Origin: Geosiphon pyriformis uo1
Taxonomy: Eukaryota > Fungi > Glomeromycota
NCBI GenBank assembly: GCA_016748015.1
Contig: JAAOMT010000678.1
Location: forward strand, 228,389-292,388
DNA: 64,000 nucleotides
Direction: 5' to 3'
A model generated the notes under the pieces. The model was not told the DNA's origin. It worked only from the letters and a program-made list of their open reading frames with translations, and searched no databases. Of the stretch, positions 52,086 through 64,000 are shown piece by piece. Position numbers and translations under genes: made by a program. Within the stretch, counting starts at the first letter, position 1. The number at the start of each line of letters is the position of its first letter.

Positions 52086-55000
52086 TTTGGTGCTTTTCTA
52101 TGAAAATAATACAGCAATAACAACTTCAAAGTGGCAACTACACCAAACACAACAACTTTAGAGTATTATCAGTCAATTTACACTCACTGCAAGCAAAGAT
52201 TCAACATTCCAGACGGAATTGAAGTTGTCAAGAAATCAGTATACTAATACATTGAAAACTGCATCAACAATTATCTTTTTAAAAACTACAATATTTCAAA
52301 AGTTAAAAACAACCTCTACAATAATTTATTGCACTATTCACAATTGAAAACTGAAGACCTTAACAGTAAAACACTTGCCACTTATTTCCAAGAACTTAAT
52401 TTTAACATTATTCAGAATTGTGAAAAAAATATCCAGTACAATCCAAATACTCTGTTGATTTTGAATCAGAACCAAAAACAAGCAACAAGAATAAACAAAA
52501 ATTAAAACAATACTCAAAAACCACTTCAAACACTCCAAGAACACCAAAGATAACTGCCAAACATTTGCAAACTCTAGAACAAAAAACCAGCACCAAACTT
52601 TCACTTTCAGTTATCTTATTTCCAATTTTACTTGTTTAATCATAAATGTCAAATTTACTACTTATCTGTTTCTTAAGACTAGAAAATATTTAGTCACCTA
52701 AAAGTTCTACTCAATAACAGGAACTCATATCAACTAGCACCAATATTATTAATTACTTACAGGAAAATGAAAGTAATCATTTAGAGTACTTGGAAAGTAA
52801 AAAAACTGAATCAAAACAAGAAAAAATCACAGAAAATGAAGAAAAAATGACAACTGCTTACATTGCAAAGATTCCAGAATTCACTGGTAAAGATAATAAT
52901 ACCAGCCCTTAAAAATGGCTTAACAAAGTTCAGAAAGCAGAAGATGCAAATAGATGGACTGCAACAAGAATGCTCAAAGCAATCTTATACTTTTTTTAAG
53001 GAACAGCAAAAAAATAGTTTGAAAACTTAGATAACCTCTTTGAAAACTGGCAAGCATTTAAAGATGCTTTTTTACAACAATTCACTAACAACAACATTTC
53101 TATCACTCTCCAAAATTATTTTTGCAATATTAAACAAGAACCAAGCAAATCAGTTATAATCTACTTAAGAAAGTTCAACAAACTTCTCAAAAGAATTTGC
53201 CAGTTGAAAACCAATAAATACTATTCTGATGCCCAAATTTTGGATCAATTCATTGCTGAATTAAAAGATAAACTCATAAAAAAAGTGTGTCTACATTTAT
53301 CTAAAGACTTGACTACAGCAATTTGACACACAAAAAACTATGAAATGGCAATAGAAAAAACAAATTACACCAAACTTGTGAATTTTGCTATTGGAAAAAC
53401 CAGCTCAGCAGCTGAAAAAAAAATTGACCAACTTACAAAAAAGGTTGAAAACTATTTCACCAACCAACAACAACAGCAATAACCACAGAGATATTACCCA
53501 CCACAATGACAAAACCAAAACAACTATTCATTATTATCCAAAAGCTAAAACCAAAGTTGTCACTATTGTGAAATTCCAGAACATTGGAAACAAAATTGCA
53601 AAAAGCTACAAAGAGACCAACAAAATAGGAGTAATCAATGTTACTCTTCACTACAACAATTTTATTATTAATCTCTACTATCAACTTATTACTTACCAAG
53701 ACCACAAAATCAAAACAATTACTATCAATCTGCTTCACAACCAATGCAGCAACAATATCAGCAACTTTTACCAATTCAGCAATACCAAGCACCATCCACT
53801 TAACAATACCTAATACCTATTCGAAAAGTGGTTCACCAAAACCAATTCACATCTCAAAATCAATTTCAGAATAACAATAGCAGAATCAATCCAAACAACC
53901 AGTTGGTTTCCTGAAATTCTGGTCAGCAAAGATCCAATCACTACCACACTCAACTTAGTTATTTCACAATGTCCAAAAAACAGGATTTTCAACAAACTAC
54001 ACTTTTGAAAATAAAACTGCAGCACCAAAAGCAAACTCTTCCAACAATATCATTCTACCAGCCCAAATTGCCCAAAATGCCAATCTCTTAAACATATTTT
54101 CATTTGAATTTGAAGAAAATAAATTACCATTTCTGCTTAGCAATACAGCAGTCAATGAACAAAAAGCAATTACAGCAATATATACTGAAGCTATAGTTAA
54201 AAAAAATCAATTTGATTAATCTTAGACAGTGGATCAGCTGGAAGTATTATTACCTACCAATTAATACAACAGCTTCAAAAAACTGTTGACAGACCAGCCC
54301 AAACTGTAATTGTTATAACTGATGATATAAAAAAAATCTCAATAGGAGAAATTGACAACTTTTTATTTACCATTAATGAAATCATTATTCCAGTCAAAGT
54401 TTTAGTCATGAATACATCCCAATATTAAGCTCTTGTCAGAAATGATTGGCTTCTTAAGACCAATGCAAATTTGAATTGGAAAATCCAAAAATTAAAGATT
54501 TCATACCAAAAACAATACATCAGAGTACTTGCTACCTGTGGTACTTTTAATAAAAAATCTGAAAAAGCCTTAGCATTCGAATTTGAAGAAGAAAAAGAAT
54601 TACCAATTACTGAAATCTTTATGGCTCTTGAATTAACATCCAGTTGGACTAAAGAAACAAAACAAGAAATTTTTGAAGAGACCAGAAAATAGAATGTAGT
54701 TAAATATTCCACACCAAAACTACAAAAACAACTATTTTACATCTCACTTAAATGCAAAGATTGTAACAAGAAACTTTTATCAATGAGAGCATGTATTTCT
54801 TCAAAAGAGGAATATGAAACTCGCACTTATTACTACTGTAAAGCATACCATAAAGAACAATTTGAATATTTTAAACAAAGTAGAAAATGGGACAATACTC
54901 CTTGTTTTATATGTAAAAATATACTATCAGAAGAATATAACTAAATTGATATTGTAATAAGAAGAAGAGTATGTAATCAAACCTGTTAATATGCCCTATC

Positions 55001-55489
55001 AATTTCAGAAAAAAAACACCTTTTAATGCAATATACAACAGTGTTCTTAACAAACTCTACCACTACTCTTATAATACTGAAATAATTTTTGACCTAGCAA
55101 TGGCTTTAATCAATAGAGCCACACAAGAGGATGTCCACCAAATGAAAGAAGCTGAATACATTGAATATACAATAAAATTAGCTGGATTTAACTATAAAAA
55201 TGAAGTGGAAACATACCACCAAATTGCAAGTCACACTAACTTAATCTAAGAAGCTCAAATTCAATGATTAGAACAAATAAACATTAAATTGTATAAAGAA
55301 TACATCATGCTTTGTAATAATAAATGGTGTTCAGAATGCTATGCTCTTAGCATCCTCTTATCCAATAAAAATGACCAGAAGGAAATTGAGTTTGAAGAAC
55401 TTAAGCTAGAAAAAAAAATTACAACAACCCCAATCTATCTTACTGAAAATCAACCAGCCTTACAACTTAAATACTTCAACAACAATGGT

Positions 55490-55890
55490 CAAGGAATCAA
55501 GTCAGAAAAAGCTTATAATATAGATGCTGGATATGATCTATAATATTCAGAAAAAGATACTTTGGTCCTTTAACCAAAATCTTTAACAAAAATTAATCTC
55601 AAAATTGCTTTTGAAATTTTACCAGAAGCAATGATTCAAATTACTTCCAAATCATCATTGGCAAGCAAAGAATCAATGTTAGAGGAGGAGTTATAGATGC
55701 AAAATATACTGAAAACATTACTGTTATGCTACAAAATAAAACTGAAAAATTATTCAGAATAAAACATGCTAAAAAGATTGCTCAAGCAATTTATCTACTC
55801 TTAATCAATATTTCAGAGTTACAACCTGTTAGTAACAGAGAACAACTAGACAAAAGTAAAAGAAAAATACAAAGTTTTGGTTCAACTGAA
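55490..55890 (+). pseudogene. Trimeric dUTPase domain within Gypsy pol
   Basis: All five motifs in order: DAGYDL, SKSSLASK, GGVIDAKYTENI, KIAQAI and R...SFGST. Confidence 0.9.
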
Positions 55891-58800
55891 TGATTTACAG
55901 TTCCAATAAATATAACTCTCAATACACAAAATAAATTTCACCAGATTTTTTAACTTTTCCAACCAATTACTATTTCATCTTTTGAAGAACATTACGAAAT
56001 TTACACTTGTTCAAAACCCACAACTATTCAACAAATTTTTGAATCCAATGAACAAATTTGTTTAAAACATGGAATCTCAATCTCAAATGTTTATATTTCC
56101 AAAAGAATGAAGAAATTTTGAGTTACATTTTACAATCCCAACAACTACCTCATTGTTCTATTAAATAAATTAAAAATTGGAATTATACATAGCAATATCT
56201 TTTAGAATAAAAACTCTCAAATTGTCTCTAATTTCACCGAAATTGTAAGACATATCTTACTTCTTAATCCAAACATTATTGCTACTACTAAAAACTACCA
56301 TCTTTTAGAAGAAAAACTCTCTTAAATTAACATGAGTCTCTTAGAACCTTAACAACAAAGACAATTGAAACAGTTAATAGCTGAGTTTGCTAATATATTT
56401 GCAAAGACAACAATGACCATAAAAAAACTGATATTGTTTAACATCAGATCTACACAGGTGATGTTCCACCAAAATTTTAACAAGCTTATTAAGTACTACC
56501 AGCCAACTACCAATTTATTAGAGAAGAAGTTCAAAGAATGCTTAATAATGAATTGATTCAACCATCAAGAAGTTTTTGGGCCTCACCAGTAGTCCTTGTT
56601 AAAAAAAAAAACGAAAAAATCAAATTTTGTGTAGATTATTATTAGCTCAACAGTATAACAATTAAAAATGCCTATCTTTTTCTAAGAATTAATAACATGT
56701 TAAATGCTCTAGGAAAAGCCAAGTTCTTCTCAACTTTAAACTTGGAAAGTAGATACTGGCAAGTCGAAATAGATCTAAAAGATTGACCCAAAACAGCATT
56801 TACCACCCAAGAAGAAAACTATAAGTTCAATGTTATGTCTTTTGAACTCTATAATATACCAGCAATATTCCAGCAACTTATGAATGTTGTATATGAAAAA
56901 CTTTTATGGCAATTAGTAGTTGTTTACCTAAATAACACTAATATATACTTACCAAGCTTTGAAGCTTATCTTATCCACTTGCGAAAAGTTTTTTAATGAT
57001 TACAGAAAACAAAATTGAAATTAAACATTGAGAAATATTACTTTGGAAAAACAAGTTTAATTTTTCTTGAACACATAGTTAATAAAAATAGAGTCAAACC
57101 AAATTCTGAAACAATTAATGCTGTCAAAAACTTTCAAATTTTCAAAAATACCACAAAGCTATAAAGATTTGTAGAATTAGCTTTATACTATCAAAAATTC
57201 ATAAAAGAATTCTCAGAAATTGCTAAACTACTCAATTATCTTACCAACAAAAATGTGCCATACCAATAGACTGAAGAACAACAGAAAGTCTTTAAAACTC
57301 TCAAGACAAAATTGATAACAGCCCCAGTTCTTGTTTACCCAAACTTTAACAAATGGTTCCAACTAGCCACTGATGCTTTACACATAGCATTTGGTGTTAT
57401 CCTATCACAATTGGACGAAAATGGCCAAGAACAAGTCATTGCCTATGCCAATAGAACACTCAAGTCAACAAAACTCAAATATGGCTCAACTGAATTAGAG
57501 GCTGCTGCAGTTATTTGAGTTCTTAAATACTTTCAACAATACCTGAAAAATGGAAAAAAATTTGATATTATAACCAACAATATTGGTCTTAAATGGCTCA
57601 ATAAAAAGAAAACAGAACAAAGTGTTAAACAGTTTTAATGAAATAACTTCTTAGCAGACTACAAATATATTGTACACCACAAACCAAGAAAACTACACAC
57701 TAATGTTAATAGCCTCTCAAGAATAAGACAAAATTAACACCAATTCCACCACAACTTACCAATCTACCAACAAAATAACAAAAAAACAATGAATTCCAGA
57801 AATTACAACAACCTTAAAAACTATTTAGAGACTCTTACCATGTTAAAAAACTGGTTTTCAAGTAAAAAACACTGATTACAACACCAATTAAAACAATATT
57901 TCATACACCACAACAAAATTTATTATAAAAATTACAGATATCCAAACCAACTACTCAAATTAGTACAAGAAAATGAAAAAAAAACAATTCTATACAACAT
58001 GTATACAGATCTTTTTTCAGTACACTTGAGAAAAGATGAAACAATTCAAAGAACACTTGAACATTATTTTTGGTCTCATATGCAAAAAGATATTTGACAA
58101 TATGTAGAATTTTGTGATAGTTGTCAAAGAAAAGGAAAAACTCACTCCACAGAATCTCTAAATCCAATCAAAGTTGGAATTAATTTAGTCGGACCATTAC
58201 CTATTACAACCCAAGAAAATTGTTATATTGCAGTTGCAATAGATTATCTTACTAAATAGTCTGAAGTTAGAGCCATCCAAAAAACAGATGCAAAATCAGT
58301 AGCAAATTTTATCTATGAAGACATTATTTGTAGACATAGATGCTCAATTAAACTTTTATCTGATCAAAAAACACATTTTGTGAACAACTTGATACAAAAA
58401 ATTTGTAAACAATTCAATGTTAAAAAACCTCTATCATTACCTTATTACTCTTAAACAAATAGACTTGTAGAATGTTTCAACAAAACATTGTGTAAATTTT
58501 TAACCAAAGTCTTAACAAATTTTGAGCAGAAATAAGATATATTTATTCTATCAGTGTTACTAGTCTACAAAATACTAAAACAAGATACTATAAAAAACAC
58601 ACTATTTGATCTTACTTATAGAAAAATAGCAACATTACCAATTAATTTTACAGTAGAAACATATCCAGTACAACCAATTAATAAAGAAAACTTTTAAGAA
58701 ACACTTCAGAAAAAAGCCTATACTCTCCTTAGTACATTGGAAAGAAAAAGACAAATAGCAGCCACTTATATTGAACACTCCCAAGCTTAACAAAAAAAAA

Positions 58801-59962
58801 ACATAATAACAAATTACCACCAGTCACCAACGAATTTAAAGTTGGAAATAAAGTTTTTTTACACAAAACTAAGGCTGAAAAACAATAAAGTAAGAAATTT
58901 GAACATAAATAGAATGGACTATTTTATATTCACGAAATTTTAGACAATAGATTATACAAGTTAAGACTTGATAACAAAGTACTAGCAAAAGTTGCACATA
59001 GAGATTGATTGAAACACTATTATTTCAGAAACAATTCTAAATCATTAATTCCACAAATTGGTATACATTCCTCTTTAATTAATTCTGAAGATATTTCCCG
59101 AAATTTAAAACCAATAATTATAACAACAACCAAACTTGAACACTTAATTTAACATTTTTACAATAATCTTTTTAATAACACAAAAACAGAAAATAAAAAT
59201 AGTAAATAATTACAAAAAACACCCAAACCCAAAAATAATTTTCTTTATTCTTTTTATTAGTTAGTCTTTTTTATTATGATTATTCTCCAAAATATCTAAC
59301 AAATATCCCAAAAATTAATGTTAGCTTTAAAAACACTTCCTAATTTATTCATAATAATAAATGGAAGTCAAATTAATTATACTTAAAAAGAAATCACAAT
59401 ACTAGTAGTAAATAATTTTCAGAATTATCATTCTTATAGAAAAAAAACAAGAAATTTCTTTGGAAATCAATTACCAGAACTTTTGAAACAAGCACTAAAA
59501 GAAAATTTTTTATTTGTCCCTATTAATATTCTACCAAATATCACAATCTAACAAAACTTCTACTATTTTTTAATGAACAGAACAATGAACATATTTTTAT
59601 CTATAAATATTTTCATATTGAAAAAACACTTTATGAATAAAAACTAGAACTTAAAGCAACAAACATCACTCCTAAAGCTATACAAAAAAAAATTCACAAT
59701 GAATTCAAGACAGCAGCTGGATCAACAAACACTCACTACAAACTTAGAGCAGTATTTAGACTCTATAATTTATTTAACACTTGTGAAAACGTCTTACAAA
59801 ATCCAATACTTTATTCAATAAAGATTTAATATATTGGAAAGCTTACAAAACTGAAATTTCAACAATTTTTAGACCAAATCACTTCAATTATCTTGGACTA
59901 CTATTTTAATATTACAGATAATATTTGGACTTTGATGAAGCTCAGTCTTGAGGAGAAAATTA

Positions 59963-60941
59963 TGTTACCAGTAGAATTTAGCTATTAATTAGCATGAAAT
60001 TATTTTCATAATTCTTATTATTAATTAGCATATATTATTATAATTTCGATTATTACTTATTATTTAACCAAATTATCAAATATTATCATTTAATTAATAA
60101 CCTGATTTGTATCATAGAAATTAAAATGATCAAATTACACAATACTCTGAACTATTTAATATAGTCAAAATTTGTCGAAATTGATGAAAATTGGCCGAAA
60201 TAATCAATAATTTGTAGAAATAACTTGTAGTTTGCCAAAATGTATCTTTAATTTGCTAAAATTAGAGCAAAGAGAAAAGTGCAAGTTCAAAGACTAGTAT
60301 TACAACAAGTTGTATAAAAGAAAAGCTTTTCTCTTTAAGAAAATATATCTTTTTATAGTATCTTATCATAGTATCTTACTTTAAATATCTTAATTAAAAC
60401 AAATCATCTTTTATATCCTTACAAAATCAAATAAAAATTAAATATTCAAAAACCAAATTCTTAATTATTATATTTGAAATTTTCTCAACACAACTAACAT
60501 TTTAAAATTAATTAGCTACCAATTTCAATAATCTGTTAGTGATTTCAGGCCTGAATAGAAAACATTTCTTTTAACACAATTTTATTTCTTTTATATTTCT
60601 TTATTTTTTCTTTTCTTTTTCTTATTATAATTATTAAAGTAGCTTACAGATGAAATTCCTGTAAAAAAGTTGACTTTTACAGCAAAGTAACTACACATTT
60701 TTAGTAAGCTTCCAGACAAGCAATTCCTAGAAAAGAGTTGACATTTACTACAACATAACTACACAAAGCAATTGGCATAGAATTAGCCATTCTACTTATA
60801 AGCCTAGCAGTTCAAATTATAAGAAATAATTTGAAGATAAATTCAGTTATTGGAAATTCAATTGCATTCAGAAAATATGAAATTAGCAACAAACAAACAA
60901 TAACAACATTTTAGAAAAGGGACCAAAAATCTTCAGTAATA
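59963..60941 (+). repeat. 3' LTR of inner Gypsy
   Basis: TGTTACC...AGTAATA; direct repeat of the 5' LTR. Confidence 0.95.
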
Positions 60942-63900
60942 TCAGAAGACTACTGAAACAACTATTAAATCTCTGTTCATTATACAAAAGACTTAACCAA
61001 AACTTTTATATATCAATACCTTCAGAGATCAAAAACTTCAAAGAATACCACTCATATTAGCTATTGAGCACCAAGTTATAGGTTTGTTATTTGATTTAAG
61101 ATTCCAAGTAATCATTTGTAACATTTGGTGCTCCTTGTAAAGTATAATCTTACAGAGAACCAGCACCAACAACAACCATCTAAAAGTGGTAGAATTAGAA
61201 AAAATAAGGACAAACCATTTAGAATTTGCCAAATCTTTATTTTAACATTATTGTCAACACTTGAAATTAACCAGCAATTACCTATTAGCAGAGTTAGTTT
61301 TTAATTTCTACATTAATGAAAGAATTTCTTATTTCCTAGGAGCACTAGTAGATATTGAATTAGCAAGAGAAAATTTTTACAACAAATTAATTCAAAATAC
61401 CAGCCTAGCAATAAATCATAATTTTGCATCTATTATTACTAAAATCAATAGAAAAATTGAAAATTACACTCAACAAAAATATTCAATCACCTATGCGAAC
61501 AAAGGCAAAGGAAAATTACAAACACCAGTAGTAATATCTTAGAGAATACAACCACTTACATGGAAAAAAACAAAAGTTGAATCACTTATTAATCTATCAT
61601 ATTACTATACATCTGGAAGTGCCATCAACATTTTATCAACAGATGTGTCCACATTAAACACAAAAACAGCATTAGCACAAATTTCATTTCAAAGTAAACA
61701 AAAAAAAACAAAGTTATTGAAAACCTATGGCAATTATTTCAAAGAATTTAATTTGCAATTACCAATGCCATTGGAATTTTGATTATCATTATATCAGCCA
61801 GATTTCGGAACCACAAGTTTTTGAGAAGTAATGAAATTAGAAGAAGAAGAAAACAAAGATCAGAAATTCAACTATCAAAACCCAATTCCAGAAAATCCAG
61901 AAATTCAAACTCTGATTGTTCCAACTTAGTAAAATCAGAACAATTCGAATTCCACTATTATTAATCAACAAAACTTACTTCCAGTAATCATAATCAATCT
62001 ACCACCAGTCTCACCAATTGCCAAACAGCAACAACAATAGCTGCAGCCACAACTTCAACAACCAAATCCACCACAACAACCTATAATTACTTCAATAGCA
62101 TTTGTTTCAATCATGAAACTTGAAAAATTTACCAGCAAAGAAGACAATGTCTAAGCTTGGATAAATAATGTTGCCAAAGCAATCACAGTTAATAATTGGA
62201 ATAATGCCAGAGCCCTTTAAGTAATCCCATATTTTTTACAAGATATTACGAACTTATGGTATTAAAGCTTGGCTTAGAAACCCCAAATGTTTGATGTATT
62301 CAAGCTAGAATTTTTAAGATACTTTAGCAATAATAACAGCATCAATTATTTAGCTATTGTCTTCACTAACATCAAACAAAAAGATACTGAGGCTGTCATT
62401 ACTTATCTAAGATGCTTCCACAGAAATCTGTGCCAAATTCAAGTTATCAATACCGATTACTTCACAGTACCCCAAATCTTAAATCAGTTCATTTATGGAT
62501 TATACAACAGTATCCTGCAACATGTGCATTCATTATATTCAGTTACACTTTAAGATGCAGTCACATATATCAGAGACTTTGAATCAGCTGAACTTGAAGC
62601 CAATTATGTCCAAGTCATAAATCTAATAATGAACAAATTATCTGAATTGAATTCCAAATTGAAACAATTCAATAATTCAATCAACCAAAAAATTGAAGAA
62701 TACTTAGCTAATTATAGCAATCAAGCAATTTATCAGCCATTACAATGTTGTGAAAATTCAGGAAATTCCAATTAATCTCAGAATTAGTCATGTCCATCTT
62801 TAGCAAATCAACAGTAACAGCACAAGATACATATTTGTCATTATTGTGGTAAACAAGAACATATAAGAATAACCAATGATCAAGAAATCAATATCACAAC
62901 TTTGATCACCAGTTTTAAACCCCAAACTATGCCAATAATCAATTACTTAAACAATATTACTATTAATCCCATTATTCACTCATGATACAACAAATATACT
63001 CACTTCTTATATATCAAACTCCAGCATCTGTAATATATCAACTACAGCTACAAATTATCTATTAATCTTAACAACTTCAAACTCTGTTATGAATTACAGC
63101 TTAAATAACATTCAGAAATTAAAAATCAAGAATGATTCAAAACTGAAGATCAGCAATGATTGTTTATTAGCAAATCCCAAGTTCTTCAAACCAACCATCA
63201 AAACCATACTAGTATAGTTTAGAAACTGGATATAACCAAAACCCAAATTCTCAAAACTATTTAAGTCTTCTAATTACCCCAGAAGACATCCAATCCAATC
63301 ATCAAGAAACCAATCAAAAGCCATTTACTAATAATATACTTTTAGCAACTGTCACAAATGACAAATTACTAGCCATAATTTTTTCTTTTGAATTCAAGGA
63401 ACCAGCAATAATTTTGTTATTTAGTAGAGCCACCCTAGACACAAAATCCATTATCATGATATACACCAATGCCAAGATTGATAGTCAGTCTATCAAATTG
63501 ATCTTAGACAATAGTTTAACAGACAGCATTATCACCAAACAACTCATAAACCAATTAAGTTGCTAAGTTGATTATGCTGTTAGTGCTAAAATTATTACTG
63601 CTAATGGAGCCACCAAAACTCTAATTGGCAAAATCAATAACTTCTTAATCGAAGTTAATAGCATTAGCATACTAATCAAAGTTTTTATCATAAAAGCCAT
63701 CTAGTACCAAGCCCTTATTGGTAATAACTGGTTGTTCAAAATCAATGTAGTGTTTGACTGGAACACCCAGGAGCTACAACTTAGTCAAAACAGCCAACAT
63801 ACTCAAATATCAGCTACTTGTAATTATTTTAAGACTACCACCAATAAACAGCCACTAATCAAGTTGGAGGAAAAAAAAAAACCTACTTAAGAAATATATT

Positions 63901-64000
63901 AGATATCATGGGCCAAAAAAAACACAATGAATTACCACTGGTGCTTACCTGAAAAGAGAAAGGAAAAGGGAAAAAAAGAGAAAAAAAAAGAAATCTAAAC
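60942..64000 (+). mobile_element. Internal region (gag-protease) of the outer degenerate Gypsy element; runs off the window
   Basis: gag MKLEKFTSKEDNV*AW...IPYFLQD at about 62113, knuckle CHYCGKQEH at 62836 and protease LILDNS at about 63498; homologous to the inner element's gag-PR. Confidence 0.9.

Larger units (their letters stand above)
51185..60941 (+). mobile_element. Full-length degenerate Ty3/Gypsy LTR retrotransposon with dUTPase
   Basis: Two LTRs, PBS-like TTTGGTGC at 52086 and a purine tract at about 59950. Domain order: gag KIPEFTG about 52868, knuckle CHYCEIPEHWKQNC 53558, protease LILDSGSAG 54216, dUTPase 55490-55890, RT (WASPVVLV; YLNN for YLDD at 56925), RNase H (ATDA, ELEAAAV), integrase (CDSC, GINLVGP, SDQ). 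The RT-RH-IN order is Gypsy-type. Confidence 0.96.

Noticed and set aside
57720-57800. Integrase as a separate ORF after a TAA stop
   Set aside because: The downstream ATG is in frame and TAA can arise from CAA in this hypermutated copy; this cannot be decided without a consensus.
1-64000. CRISPR arrays, tRNA, rRNA or telomeric repeats
   Set aside because: None were seen; the only tandem repeats are simple trinucleotide microsatellites.

Overview
Intron-rich, very AT-rich fungal nuclear DNA. The gene and transposon families resemble those of Glomeromycotina, possibly Geosiphon; this assignment is recalled and inferred, not verified. Seven host genes are supported: an Ssk1/Mcs4-type response regulator, an FHA/coiled-coil SLMAP (Far10/Vps64)-like protein, a tyrosine-kinase-like kinase, a DDT/WHIM chromatin protein, a histone-fold protein, a YciI/YCII protein and coatomer alpha. 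The rest is mostly transposon debris. Two full-length APE-RT-RNase H LINEs lie tail-to-tail (11.4-25.9 kb), one carrying a solo LTR, and several LINE 3' tips are scattered nearby. A dUTPase-encoding Ty3/Gypsy element (51.2-60.9 kb) is nested in an older Gypsy. The main result is largely hidden from the ORF track: two independent, deletion-riddled relics of IS607-like elements (serine-recombinase TnpA plus Fanzor2/TnpB RNA-guided nuclease) at about 30.2-31.2 kb (+) and 35.4-36.3 kb (-). The retroelements show graded C>T/G>A hypermutation that is not limited to CpG, and parts of the AT-rich spacers are recognisable ghost copies of the LINE 3' end. All exon boundaries and alignments were read by eye.
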